Shown here: one piece after another, positions 63,300-64,000 of the stretch
How the letters are laid out: each line of letters begins with the position of its first letter
How positions within the stretch are numbered: position 1 is the stretch's first letter
NCBI GenBank assembly: GCA_009841225.1
Contig: VXMF01000036.1
Coordinates: forward strand, 7,825 to 71,824
DNA length: 64,000 nt
Direction: 5' to 3'
Origin: Terriglobia bacterium
GTDB lineage: Bacteria > Acidobacteriota > Terriglobia > Bryobacterales > UBA6623
Notes under the pieces: model-generated
What the model was told of the DNA's origin: nothing
What the model saw: the letters and a program-made list of their open reading frames with translations, nothing else
Databases searched by the model: none
Program-made: the position numbers and the translations under genes

Positions 63300-64000
63300 A
63301 TGTCTCGCTCGCGCTTTGCCTGCCTTCGCCTTAGTGCGACGGTGTTGTCGTTCTGCATCTTTCTCGCCCCGTCCGCCCGGCCCCAAGTGATGGACGGCCG
63401 GCTGGAGGTTCGCGTCATCGACCCTAGCGGCCAGGGCGTACCTGCCGCACTCGAGCTCGTCTCGCGAAGCCCTCAATTCGTCGCGGGCGCGGTCGCCGAC
63501 GCCGAAGGACGAGCGACCCTGCATCGCATTCCTCCAGGCACTTACCTGCTCACAGCGCGCCACGAGGGATTCGAGATTGCGGAACGCCGCATCGCATTGC
63601 AGTCGGCGGTTCCGCGGGTCGTCGAGATCGCACTTTCCGTGGCCACGGTCCGGGAGGAAGTCACCGTTCGCGCCCCCGCGCCCCTGTTCGAGCCGTACAG
63701 GCCGTCGCAGGGCACGCGGTCCGGACGCGACGACCTTGAGCAGGCCCTGGGCACCACTCTGGGCCGGAGTACCGTCGATATGGTCACGGCGATGCCCGGA
63801 TGGTTGCTGGAAGCCAATGCCGTGCTCCACCCGCGGGGGTCCGAGTACGACACGCAGTACGTAATCGACGGCATGCCGCTGTACGACAACCGCTCGATAG
63901 CCTTCGCACCGGCGTTCGAGAACTCCGAGTTCGAGGCAGTCACAGTCCTTACTGCGGGCATCCCGGCCGAATACGGCCGGAGGCTGGGAGGCGTGATCGC
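63300..64000 (+). CDS. TonB-dependent receptor (CarboxypepD_reg-like N-terminus plus plug), 3'-truncated by window edge
   Basis: This ORF is not in the track because it runs off the window. My manual translation from ATG 63300 gives MSRSRFACLRLSATVLSFCIFLAPSARPQVMDGRLEVRVIDPSGQGVPAALELV...GRATLHRIPPGTYLLTARHEGF...VLHPRGSEYDTQYVIDGMPLYDNRS...TVLTAGIPAEYGRRLGGVI. That reads as a signal peptide, a beta-sandwich, then a TBDR plug. Confidence 0.8.
   Translation, partial: MSRSRFACLRLSATVLSFCIFLAPSARPQVMDGRLEVRVIDPSGQGVPAALELVSRSPQFVAGAVADAEGRATLHRIPPGTYLLTARHEGFEIAERRIALQSAVPRVVEIALSVATVREEVTVRAPAPLFEPYRPSQGTRSGRDDLEQALGTTLGRSTVDMVTAMPGWLLEANAVLHPRGSEYDTQYVIDGMPLYDNRSIAFAPAFENSEFEAVTVLTAGIPAEYGRRLGGVI

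Overview
High-GC, densely coding bacterial chromosomal segment. About 50 protein-coding genes are supportable. I recognised no rRNA, tRNA, CRISPR array, transposase or prophage. The gene content suggests an Acidobacteriota-like organism: CarboxypepD_reg-type TonB-dependent receptors, tandem CRTAC1/ASPIC-UnbV proteins, GWxTD and PSCyt1 proteins, and lpxI instead of lpxH. This taxon call is inference only. Layout: (1) 1-5.9 kb holds transport and secreted-enzyme genes: an SSF symporter, DUF1697, a Tat-lipoprotein enolase-superfamily enzyme and a sulfatase. (2) 5.9-9.8 kb is a small accessory patch: a decayed AAA ATPase pseudogene, a VIT1-family gene, hipBA and higBA. (3) 10-15.6 kb encodes secreted enzymes: a PSCyt1/beta-propeller protein, an esterase and an amidohydrolase. 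(4) 15.6-41.5 kb is mostly housekeeping. It contains thiC with a structured leader, a DHH phosphoesterase, vapBC and fabZ-lpxA-lpxI. It also contains an aminotransferase / FAD-FeS oxidase / 2x EamA operon, xerD, trxB, tsaD, a bamA / surA-like / tamB operon and a ThiF-like E1. (5) 41.5-64 kb is an envelope/secretome locus and the best candidate for an uncharacterised system. It holds two DUF3604/PHP-like hydrolase paralogs, three secreted TPR proteins and a TonB-dependent receptor followed by two CRTAC1 paralogs. It also holds a sulfatase, and an ECF sigma factor with a zf-HC2 anti-sigma factor whose extracytoplasmic domain looks HNH/His-Me-finger-like. That sigma/anti-sigma pair is divergent from a second TonB-dependent receptor. 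Many long ORFs in the six-frame track are high-GC shadow ORFs and were rejected. The track also translates TTG/GTG first codons as M, so several start sites were re-evaluated.
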